A stretch of 64,000 bases of DNA. Source: Styela clava (Eukaryota). The notes under the pieces were generated by a model. The model did no database searches. It saw nothing but the letters and a program-made list of their open reading frames with translations, and was not told the origin of the DNA. Below, one piece after another: positions 47,863 through 59,329 of this stretch (positions are counted from its first letter, which is position 1; every line of letters begins with the position of its first letter). The stretch covers positions 9,362,001-9,426,000 of the forward strand of contig NC_135258.1 of assembly GCF_964204865.1 (NCBI RefSeq), in the 5' to 3' direction. The translations under genes and the position numbers were made by a program.

Positions 47863-50374
47863 ATTTTTAATTTTGGTTTTTAGAATAACCTTCTATCTGC
47901 AACCTTAATACAATCGAATACTCCAATCAAATAATAGTGGTCCAATCAATGCGGGTGCATATCAATTAGTTCATAGGATACGAATGCTATTGCTAACTGA
48001 CCTCCCGACTTTCACTGTAGCAAGACTTCTTCCTGACCTCCCCTCTACAAGCAAATCTGAATAAAACAAGCTTTACGAAAAATCATAAGAGGAAGTGCGA
48101 TGACGCGGCTGACATTGATGACTTGTTTCCTCTTGTTCAATTGCAACTTATCTAGTTTGACCAGTATCGGTTATTTATTTTTACTCATGCCGAAAATGCA
48201 CACTGTAGTTGTACAAATAGGATAAAGAAAAAATGCATTTCAGTGTGAAGGGAGACGTGATAAACCAGTAATGGCGACCGGTTTGTTTTCATACGATATA
48301 CTTGCCAGCCTGTCCTGACCAAACACTAACGTTAAATTAGTTTGTGTTATTTCGCTGAATGTAATAATGAAAAAGGGGGGAATCCTTTTTGAAAGTTGGT
48401 GCTTACAATCTGTAGGTATTGATAAGATATTTCTTGTTGTTTACTGGCTAAACTGTTGTTGTTGTTATCTGGTCTGACAAGGACATATTTATGGTTTCGA
48501 ATACATGTATTGCAATTGTATATAGTTATAAATACAAAGAAGATTTCCAAAGTATGTCTGATAAGCCAGACAAAATCCAAATTCAAATGCACGCAGGACT
48601 AGTCGATAATGCTAGCCGCCCATTGTCCATGATGTCTCCTCAACAAGTGGTCATTTATAACTTGTTATGATATCCCCGGGGCATGACGCTGGATGCCATA
48701 GCAGCAAACAGGTATTCTAATTGTTGCGTTTTATTACTTTGGGTCGCTTCTCATTTATGTGTAAGATTAGAATTATTTTAAGTTCAAACACGTTCAACTA
48801 TTACCTAATATCCTAATAATTTTGTTTTCATATCCATTTTATCCTTGTCTATCACGAGTTTTTGGGTGTCCAATTTTTTACTATTGCAACTAAACTAATA
48901 CTTCCTAGGAAGCGGAGACAAATTGCTAACAAAACCACAAAAATGAGCTTCTGTTTGCGACCATGTCTAATGGGAAAAGCTAACAAAACACGATGGCATC
49001 TTGCTGGTTAGGTGATGTTGCGGGATTATGTGGATCGGTAAATTTTCATCAATCAGACTTCAGAAACGGGAGCAGTTGTTAGAAGTTTCTTACATTATAT
49101 CTAGGGTTGAATTATCCGGATAGCGGTTAACCGGATAACCGAGAGCTATTTTGCTATCTGATATCCGGATATTATTGTGACGATTAACCGGATAATAGAG
49201 CAGTATAAATAATGCATATGCGCATTAGCGATTTTTATATTTTTGTTGAGTGGCGACTGACATCTCCCAGAGCATTTAATCAATAACAACTTTTTTCACA
49301 CTAATCTGCCTATATTTTAGTCATCCGTGGAATGCTGAAGTAAACTTTACTATTACATCACAAAACACGCAGAACAAATGTAAATATTGCGCTTAATATA
49401 AGAGCTCATTCGCTTTATAAAGTTAGATTGGAACTAGAGGTACAGTATAAGCAAGACTAACCTAAACGAATTCAGTTGAAAAGCATTGGTTGGGTGGGTG
49501 TGAGTTTGTTGCTTTTTGGTCGGGTGTGGCTTTCAGTTGTTGCGTGTATTGGAGGAACGCATTTCATGATGAAATAAACCAGTTTGAATTTCAAGGACTT
49601 ATTCCACAATACTTTCGATTCAATATGTAGCGTACCGGCAGTCTATGAAATAATTATCCAAGTTTAGAATATCTTCCCATATGGTCTTACGTCAATATTC
49701 ACTTCAAGTTATGCAATTTGATTCTATTTATTATTCATCAATCTCAACCCAAGCAAATACTCCAAACAAAACGACAAGCATACAATGAAGCGACAAGTAC
49801 CAGGCAGCACAATGCAAGAAAACAGAATATACACAATAAAAACACTTTGAACAGTAGGCCTACTGATGATAGCTAATTCCCTGACAACAACCAAACATAC
49901 AACGCTAAAATAACTGCAATGGCACTGCACTGAAACAATAATATCAGCCTATTTTCTAGCATAAAAACATCCATCAAATACCCATCCCGCAGTCACAAAA
50001 CCACAAACAAACATCCCTGATAACCCACCGGATACCAGGGGCACTCCCCCAGACACTCATGACTGAAATCAAACCAAAAACCAACCACACTGTAGCGGTA
50101 CCAACCACATCACACGCTAACAGCCACACATAAAAGAACAGAACCGAGAGTGTCACAGCGCCCCCAGTGTCCCCAATGCCAAAATACCAAATAAGGCAAT
50201 ATTATAACATGACAGCATTTAACAGATAAAACAAGGGTCGTCACACATGTAATCTGTGTAGTATTTCAAAATTTTGGGTTCACGAACAAATGTTATGTGC
50301 TTACTTTTAACTCTGGTATATATGTTTTTTTTCAAATTTCCATGTATCAACCGAATCAATAGATATACCAGCCG

Positions 50375-52586
50375 AAACAAAAGAGCTATGCTTAAATATA
50401 TGGACACGTAGCGCCACCTAATGGCAATAATTTTGATGACGTCATAGCAAAAAAAAAGTAATAGCCTTCTGAAGAAAATTTTTATCTTCAACCACTGAAA
50501 ATTTTAAAGCAATTGGTCCAGTAATCAAAGAGAAAAGCGATTTCTTCAAAACGTGTCAAAGAACAACAAGAGAGCTACGCACAAATATATGGACACGTTA
50601 GACCAGAGCGAATCAGTCCTTACCGGTACCTTTGACGCTACCGGTACCCTCAAAAAAGTTCTGAATTTCCAGTAGCAAGAATTTTGCAGAATCAAAACGT
50701 ACAGCCAGTCATGACACTGACTAAAATCCGTGTTCCCATGGATAAAAAATAATACAGCAAAATTTTAGACGAAATATCAAATTTCATAGAATTCATGCAA
50801 AATTTTGAAATAAATAAAAGTAATAGCCTTCTAGCAAAAAAATTACTCTTTAACCACTGAAAATTTCAAAGCAATTGGTCCAGTATTCGAAGAGAAAAGC
50901 GACTTTTTAAAAATGTGTCAAAGAACAACAACAACAACAACATAATATTGAAACGATCGTTATGTCCACTACGTGTCCAACAAGAACAACACAAGAGAGC
51001 TACGCACAAATATATGGACACGTCAGACCAGAGCGAATCAGTCCTTACCGGTACCTTTGACGCTACCGGTACCCTCAAAAAAGTTCTGAATTTCCAGTAG
51101 CAAGAATTTTGCAGAATCAAAACGTACAGCCAGTCATGACACTGACTAAAATCCGTGTTCCCATGGATAAAAAATAATACAGCAAAATTTTAGACGAAAT
51201 ATCAAATTTCATAGAATTCACGCAAAATTTTGAAATAAATAAAAGTAATAGCCTTCTAGCGAAAAAATTAATCTTCAACCACTGAAAATTTCAAAGCAAT
51301 TGGTCCAGTATTCGAAGAGAAAAGCGACTTTTTAAAAACGTGTCAAAGAACAAGAACAAGAACAACAACAACAACATAATATTGAAACGATCGTTATGTC
51401 CACTACGTGTCCAATAACAACACAAGAGAGCTACGCACGAATATATGGACACGTTAGACCAGAGCGAATCAGTCTTTACCGGTACCTTTGGCGCTACCGG
51501 TACCCTCAAAAAAGTGCTGAATTTCCAGTAGCAAGAATTTTGCAGAATCAAAACGTACAGCCAGTCATGACACTGACTAAAATTCGTGTTCCCATGGATA
51601 AACAAGAGAGCTATGCTCAAATATATGGACACGTAGAGTCACATAATTTTGATGACGTCATAGCGAAAAAAAAAGTAATAGCCTTCTGGAGAAAATTTTT
51701 ATCTTTAACCACTGAAAATTTCAAAGCAATTGGTCCAGTATTCGAAGAGAAAAGCGACTTTTTAAAAACGTGTCAAAGAACAACAACAACAACAACAACA
51801 CAATATTGAAACGATCGTTATGTCCACTACGTGTCCAAAAATAATACAGCAAAATTTTAGACGAAATATCAAATTTCATAGAATTCACGCAAAATTTTGA
51901 AATAAATAAAAGTAATAGCCTTCTAGCGAAGAAATTTATCTTTAACCACTGAAAATTTCAAAGCAATTGGTCCAGTATTCGAAGAGAAAAGCGATTTTTT
52001 AAAAACGTGTCAAAGAACAAGAACAACAACAACAACATAATATTGAAACGATCGTTATGGCCACTAAACGTGTCCAAAAAACGATCGTTATGTCCACTAA
52101 ACGTGTCCAATAAATATATTCTATCTAAGTCAGATGTATGTTAAACCGTAGTAGTATATATTTACGGTTAAACTAGTTGAACACAAAAGCTTAAAGAAAT
52201 GGTCATCGTGAGTGTGCGACACCAAAATTTAGTATAAGTCAAAATTTTAAGAAAAAATGCTCTAGACACAAAAAGAAACTTTAAAAAAAATTTAACAATA
52301 ATAAGAAACAAGAGAGCTGTGCTCAAATATATGGATACGTCACAAGGTGTCGCTATTTTTTAATCTGACACATGAAAAACGAATCTATTGAAGTCCACAG
52401 CATTTTTGAAATAAGTAAAAGTAATAGCCTTCTGGCAAAAAAATCAATCTTTAACCAGTAAAAAAATTCAAAGCAATTGGTCCAGTATTCGAAGAGAAAA
52501 GCGATTTCATCATGACGAAAGAGGAGAATAATAACAACAACAACATAATATTAAAACGATCGTTATGTACACTGACGTGTCCAATA
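50375..52586 (-). repeat. Tandem array of Helentron/HINE units (period about 425-430 bp, shuffled partial units) plus one adjacent copy
   Basis: Near-identical units start acaagagagctacgc...tggacacgt at about 50566, 50990 and 51422 and end acgatcgttatgtccactacgtgtccaa; (aac)n microsatellite; same family as 46325-46678. Confidence 0.85.
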
Positions 52587-52911
52587 ATATAATTCTTTAC
52601 ATATGATTTGAATAGGATAAAATAACGTAGCAGTTGAGGGAAGACAATTAGGACACAGTATTCAAAAAAGCACGTTTCATTATATTATTCAGCTGTACTT
52701 CTGTACGATTACGGAGCTTAAATTTTTATTTATTGACACATGCAACATCGAAATGCACAATCATTTTTATTCGAGAAAAATAGTACGTATTTGCAATATA
52801 ACTGTGTGTTGGTTTTTAGTCAATTCGCCTCGAAAATCGTGTGAAATCGGTTCTCCAAAATTAGCGGCAACTATCCGGTTAACCGCATAGTTAAAATACG
52901 AGATACCCGGA

Positions 52912-54542
52912 CAGGCGCGCAGCCAGGATTTTCAAAAGGGGGGGGGGGGGTTCATAATCATAAATTCCCATTGCGGTCTGTAACAGTCTTCGAATTACGC
53001 GCTCGTTAAAGGGACGTCTTTTCAGCGTATAATGATTATTCTTGTCGCGTGAAATATTCAATCTCTGACAACTACAAAATTCTAAAATGTTCTAAATTAT
53101 TAAGTTAATTGTGTCCAACGTAACTCGCGGTTGCTTCTTCTTATGTCAAAATAAAAACATTAGTTCTCTGAAATGCCACGGCATCGGTGGACATAAAAAT
53201 ATGAGGACAAACGGTGTATTTAATTTTAATACGTATTTTTGGAATCTTGCCAACTCGTTATCGCCGTTAGAAAAATCACATTAACTGATATAAAATCCCG
53301 AAGAGTACAATTTTATTTCGTAATCAAAAATCGCCGCGATCACGCCACTTCTTAAACAACGAAAAATGATTTTTCTGTTGTGCTAAGTAATCAATTCGTG
53401 ACCGATAAGGGCATATTTAAAATGTCTTGCTTTATTAATTTAATTGTCTTCAATTTAACCAGCATTTGCGTCGACAAAACAAAACAATTTTTTACAATTC
53501 ACAATTTCAAAATACCTCGGCCATTTGCCGACATAAAAATAAAAATTTGTGGTAACTGCCCGTCGCCTATCATATATTGTTTTGATCCGTATTTTTTCTA
53601 TTTTGCAAATTCGACAAATTTGAGATGTGCTTGTAACATTGACTTCGTTCAATCGCAATGCTGACACTCCGATTATTTTTAAAGATAAAACCTCCTGAAA
53701 AATCCGTAAATCTGCTGTGAATTCTCATGGAGTAAAATTTATTTCAGTACAATAAAGATTGATGGATATACTTCGGATTAATTATCTTATATATCATCAC
53801 AAACCGGGAAAAAATCGTAAGTAATGGATAAAAGGCAAATCCCACCCACAATTAACCGTGTTTCGATTTTAGTGACGGTATGTTCCTAAACGGCGACCAA
53901 ACATAATGTGCGCCATAGGCACACGAAATTTTGCGATTTTGCGACTAGAAAAGCTTTTTTAGACTGTCGCGGGACTCAACAAAACTTATATTGTTTACGG
54001 TTCTATTTTCAGTATTTTATAATGCCGCTTTTCAATCAAATTTAGATCGCGGTTTTACTCCTTCTTTTGTCTTTAGAACCTCGCCACCGATGAACGTATA
54101 ATAACTCACGAATTCACAATTCCGTGCAAAGTACAAAAATAAAATAATTATCATGTTTATCGTGGCACAAATTTATGATTTAGAAAGAATAAAAACCGAC
54201 GTAAGGGCGTTTACGGCCCAAATAACACGCTGATGAAAACATGGGCGATTTTAGCAGAAGGCAATTGCACGCTTTTTCAGTTTTCACATTTCCGTGCGGG
54301 TACAAAAATAAAATAGTTACCATTGTTCCCGCGGCACAAATTTGTGAGATTAGAGAGAATAAACACATGTAAAGGGCGTTCACGGAATAAATAACATGCC
54401 GCGTTGATGAAAACGAACGGCGATTTCAGCAGAAGGCAATTGCACATGTTATCGGCAACTTTTTCACTTTTCGGAAAATTCAAAAGGGGGGGGGGGGGTT
54501 CGACCCCGACCCCCCCCCCCCCCCCCCCTGGCTGCGCCACTG
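52912..54542. mobile_element. Non-autonomous hAT element nested in 49102-54600
   Basis: TIR caggcgcgcagccagg / cctggctgcgccactg with poly-G/C tracts; TSD tacccgga/taaccgga (1 mismatch); internal duplication of about 170 bp near 54115-54445. Confidence 0.8.
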
Positions 54543-55302
54543 TAACCGGATATATCCGTTATCCGGATAGTATAAATTATAGGTATCCGAACTAACTCTA
54601 ATTATATGATCTACTTGAATTTGCTGTTTTTTTTAAAGCCCCATCAAAAATGTTGCCCGATTTTGAATCGCGTTCACTCTCCTGTTTTTTTTTTTTTTTT
54701 TTTTTTTTAATTTATGTTGGGTAGTGGGTACGTGACTTTTTAACTTTATTTTAAGTTATGCTCGCATCCCGGGTATCTCTGCATTTTGTTAGTCTGTTTA
54801 CTTTTTGTGTTGTTTATGCCGGAGAACCGAAATAAAATGAGTGATTGGTTTGATTATCCAACGAAATCTATGCTCGGGGTAGCAACCATTTTAGGTTTGA
54901 TTTTAGATTACTGCAGATAATCGAAATTTTCACAATCAATTTTAAAATCTTTAAGTTGAATGTGGGTAAGTTAAATTTCCATTGTTACGAACTTACGATA
55001 AACCTAGTCACAAACATATCCTAAAATCCTGTTTATACACAAATGTATGCACGTAAGTTACCTGTGTCGCTTATGGCTCTATGGACTGCTCTTTGTAAAA
55101 TCCAAAAAGCGGAAATCCGACGCGGCTTGTGAGATTTATGTGCGTTTTCATTTTTATAGGTATCGTTAGTAATTGCAGTAACATGTAAAATTCAGGTATT
55201 GAAAATTGAATTTATTAATTTCGGCATTCGTCTCAGACCCCCGACTAGCAGCTAACAAATTAATTTATTGCAAGCTCTCCAATAACATAAGAATTGGTGG
55301 AA

Positions 55303-55662
55303 ATGGCAGACTCTGATGGTACAAAGCAAAGTCCTCAACATTCAAAATCTAGCAGCCAACAAGATTTAGATAAAAAGAAACGTCTGTTTTTTAAAGAAAT
55401 TCGATGTATGATGTATGGCTTCGGAGATGATACCAACCCCTATACAGAATCAGCAGAACTCATAGAAGAACTTGTTATAGAATTTATAACAGAACTCACA
55501 CATAAAGCATTGCAGATCGGAAGGCCTGGAAGAGTGCAAGTTGAAGACATTGTTTATCTCATACAAAAAGATGCAAGAAAATATGCCAGAGTTAAAGACT
55601 TATTAACTATGAATGAAGAACTTAAAAAAGCAAGAAGGGCTTTTGATGAAGCGAAGTTTTGA
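55303..55662 (+). CDS. TAF13: Transcription initiation factor TFIID subunit 13, intronless, 119 aa
   Basis: KRLFFKEIRCMMYGFGDDTNPYTES...GRPGRVQVEDIVYLIQKDARKYARVKDLLTMNEELKKARRAFDE; first ATG at 55303. Confidence 0.96.
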   Translation: MADSDGTKQSPQHSKSSSQQDLDKKKRLFFKEIRCMMYGFGDDTNPYTESAELIEELVIEFITELTHKALQIGRPGRVQVEDIVYLIQKDARKYARVKDLLTMNEELKKARRAFDEAKF

Positions 55663-55987
55663 TTTCCAAATTTGCACTTGAAAAAGAACTAAATGGGAAA
55701 AGAATTGTGAATATAAATGGTCCGATTGTGCAATAAACCGAATCATGTCTTACAAAGACTAATTCGTCTGTACAAAATATTTGATAATGTTTTAATCAAA
55801 TCAAGAGGCCATAATTTATCATTCACTCTTTATATAAAATATTTATGTTTGTTTTGCTCTGAACAAGCAGCTATTAAGTAAGGAGCTATTATAGTTTGGA
55901 AGAACCGGATCATTCCGGTTTAGCTCTGCCTATCCAATTTATTATACCGGTACCATAGGTGTGATATCTTCATAGTTTAATCTGAAG

Positions 55988-56262
55988 CAGGGGTGTGCAA
56001 CACTCAGCTCAACACACCTTGTCAACACTCAGATTTTCCCCACCAAGCATAAAATCCTAATCCGACAGTTTATGTTTAAAAATGCGCTCACATGGTTAAA
56101 AATATGTAATGTTTCTGTCCTCTTGTCGCTGCATTTGATTTTTGCATTGTGCGAATTTTTTAATTCGTTGTATCCATGGAAAAACCAAATTTTTTGTGCA
56201 GACCAGCTGAATGTCTGAAGTTGGTTATATGGGCCACCGACAAAAAATGTTGCACATTCCTG
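55988..56262. mobile_element. hAT-like MITE
   Basis: TIR caggggtgtgcaac / gttgcacattcctg; TSD degenerate. Confidence 0.6.
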
Positions 56263-56626
56263 GACTGGAGTATAATTGTTTGAGTCTAGGCTACTCGCCT
56301 ATTAGTATTTTGAATGTTTAAATTTCATTCCAATCTAAAAAATGCAAACTGGGAAGATTGCTATAACATAATTGGCACTTGATCACACTACAATGTGATG
56401 GAGATTATTCTGACCTAACTTACTCCATTAATTTTTTTTGATGATAGAGTTCGAACAATACTGATGTAAATCAAATTTTTTCAGTTTGTCTGGTGTTAAC
56501 ATATTTTCTGTTTTTGTTGTTTTACTTTATCTTACATTTATAGATTAACTTTCATGGTTTTTATCGTAAGTTAGTCATGTGATTTGAATCTAAGGATTGT
56601 CAAAATGTTTTACATTCCGCACAAGA

Positions 56627-58758
56627 ATGGATGTTGTGAATAAAGCATCAGAATTTTTTGACAAGCACATTAGGATTGTGAAGGTAATTTTTGCTGTATT
56701 CTTTAGTGTATTTATTATGCCAGACTTTTTTTTATGTATTATTATTATGTTTTTAACAGAATGCAGGATATGTGATTGCTGGAATAGGTGTTTTTATGAT
56801 TGTAAGAAGATCAAGACTCGTGAGTTTATATTTGCAATATCACTGTAGTCATTTATGGTAATTTTTGGATAATGATTCCATTATCTTGACATTTGTTGTT
56901 AACTAGAGTGGTAAATATATGAAACATATATGGCATCTTCACCGATTTTGATTTAAAAATGATGTTCAAAATATGGTTTTATATACTGGAAATAATTGAA
57001 CTTTAACAATTGCAAATTTGCAACCCCATATCCACCAGTCAACATGAACCAATTTTCGGGGTGTTGGTAGTCCAGTAAATACACCCATAGCTCTTGTAAC
57101 TGAGGTGGCCGCGGCTTCAAATCCACGCCTTGGTGTACAAAAACCTTACCGGCCTGGCTATTAGTAGTTCGTTAGCACTGAAATGAAGTTTACTTCTATT
57201 CTCCTAGTCAAAGTATTAACCTTCGAAATTCCCTCTTTATTTTTGCTCTTTTTTAGTTGCAAATAATTCTGTTACATGCAAATTAAAAAAAATGAATCAT
57301 TAATTGATAAATTTCTTGATTTAATTCAACTCAATTGTTTTGTTTGACAGTTCACAAAATTCAATGCTGCTTCTGATATTCCGAAAGATTTTATTCAAAA
57401 GAGGATCAAACTTCGTGGAATAGTCCAAAATGTTTGCACAAATAACACATTACATATTGAGCATATACCATCAATGTCATATCCAGCTGCAACTATTGTG
57501 AGGAGATTTCAAAGTGAGATAACGTTTGTTCCAGAATCAATATATTTATATAACTTTTACCTTTGTGTCCACTGTCCATGTTGTCTAATTTTTTTATAAT
57601 TGAAAATTTTGTAATCATATGGTATTAGTTTTCTGCACTCGTTCGCTATTAAATATTTTGACAGGTTAGGAGAAGTTTGAATATTCCATGAATATTCTAT
57701 TTACTGTAATTGTTTCAATTTGCTAAGAGAATTAACATAACATTTCTACTTTCAGAACAACTGGATAATAATGGTTTGATATCACTGGATATGGCTGGAG
57801 TATCAATGAATGATGTTGGAATTGATCTTGTTAGAGGAGAGATTGAAGGGAAAGCAGTATGGTTTGAATTATTAAATCATGTTGAGAAAGATCAAAATGC
57901 TCCTGCTGTTATTTACAGAAGAAAGGTATCTTTACGTTCACTTCAAATTTACAGAGAGCATGCATAGTTTATTATGCCCCTGGCCCTAATGGTCAGTGCA
58001 TTCTTTAATTAAATTTCAATATCTGGCGCTCCAGAAGTGTGGTAACTAATTTTGTTCGCCTATTTTACATCAAGTTGTGTAAAGGGACTGAAAACTATGG
58101 GTATATTCACGTGGCTAACACAGACAGTCCTCCGACTGTCTAATCATGGTTCGTAATAGAACTAGAATAAGAAAAATCGGAATAAATTTATGGCCTAACC
58201 TGGTACACACACTACGGAAATACCCAATATCTCACTAGAACTAGAATATTTCAAATCAGATTATCTTTTAGCATTGTAGTGCTCTTTAAACAAACCTTAT
58301 TCAGCGGGGAAGTGACGGCTCGAAAACCATGGAATATATGTTTGTATATAATATAAATCTACTTCAAAGCTAAGATTTAGTGATAGGTGCCAGTTTGTGG
58401 TGGTTCAGCACCATTTATCAAAAACTAGACAAAAGTTTTTAATTATAATTGGATATTTTGAAAAATAATGGTATTCTTAGCTAGGAATTCACAATTTTCA
58501 CCACTCAACATTTTAATTTATTCAACATTTGTCCTCAATATATTCTATGCTGTTTCGTATAATCAAATACATTCACTCATTTTATTCTAGTATGCCATTC
58601 TTCGCAATTATAACATATATGTTGTAAAGATGGGATATGGGGCTGTTGATAATGTACCCAACTGCTATCATCTTAAAGTACAGCAATCTCTTCAGAGATC
58701 ATTGCTTAAGGCCCAGAAAAAAGCAGCAATCAAGAAAAGAGGAATCTGGAAGGATTGA
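56627..58758 (+). CDS. C3orf33: C3orf33 homologue (TM helix plus SNase-like fold), about 205 aa
   Basis: Exons 56627-56683, 56760-56819, 57351-57513, 57756-57925, 58591-58758 (618 nt, open frame). FDKHIRIVKNAGYVIAGIG, FTKFNAASDIPKDFIQKRIKLRG, HIEHIP, LDMAGV, VWFELL, LLKAQKKAAIKKRGIWKD. Confidence 0.87.
58025..58220. mobile_element. Degenerate Merlin-like MITE remnant
   Basis: Starts ggcgctccagaagtgt and contains the cgtaatagaacta...tatggcctaacctggtacacacactac core shared with 6168-6396. Confidence 0.55.
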
Positions 58759-59329
58759 CTATGACTTGGGGGACAAATCGTAACTGATTGCTGGGACCTA
58801 ATAAGGACCTTATCATGGCGGGACTGTGAATTTTTGTTTGTCCAACTTTGCTCCAAGCAAGGTTCTGACCCTCCACTAACAGTGGGAAGGGTATGAAAGA
58901 ATACTTGGGACACCTGTTGCACTGAGAGATTTGTATGGTATTGATTTAAACCTGTGAGAGCCATGTATTACAGATATCATTACAGCACTGATACAAACTA
59001 ATTTAAAACCTGTTCACTGTGTTGAATTATAGTTTGGTACAAATATTTGATTTTTCAATAAATAATATTCATTGTATGACTGTTAATGTATTTCTCCGTC
59101 AGCTATAGTTCTCCGCCAGCTGTAAAACAGATTTCTTGTTTAAAGATAATCCTGTTGAAAATATTACAGGCGATGTATATACAGATAATGATAAATTATA
59201 CAAAAAAAAAAAGCTTCTACACAATCTGATACAGTATGTAATGTTCTTTTTTCTAAGTCTGACTTAATGTTTCTGGGTAAAGTTCTTTGAAGAGTGGCTC
59301 TTGGTCACAACTTTGGTGAAGAATCGGTG

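Larger units (their letters stand above)
49102..54600. mobile_element. Composite non-autonomous hAT-like element carrying nested insertions
   Basis: Ends tagggttgaattatccggata / tatccgaactaactcta; (t/a)ccggata subterminal repeats at both ends; near-TSD attatatc/attatatg. Confidence 0.6.

Noticed and set aside
50375-52112. Repeat array considered as a CRISPR array, and its ORFs as genes
   Set aside because: Eukaryotic context, units of about 430 bp without unique spacers, no cas genes; explained by HINE units.
54277-54595. Poly-Gly/poly-Pro ORFs
   Set aside because: They derive from the G and C homopolymers at the end of the nested hAT element.
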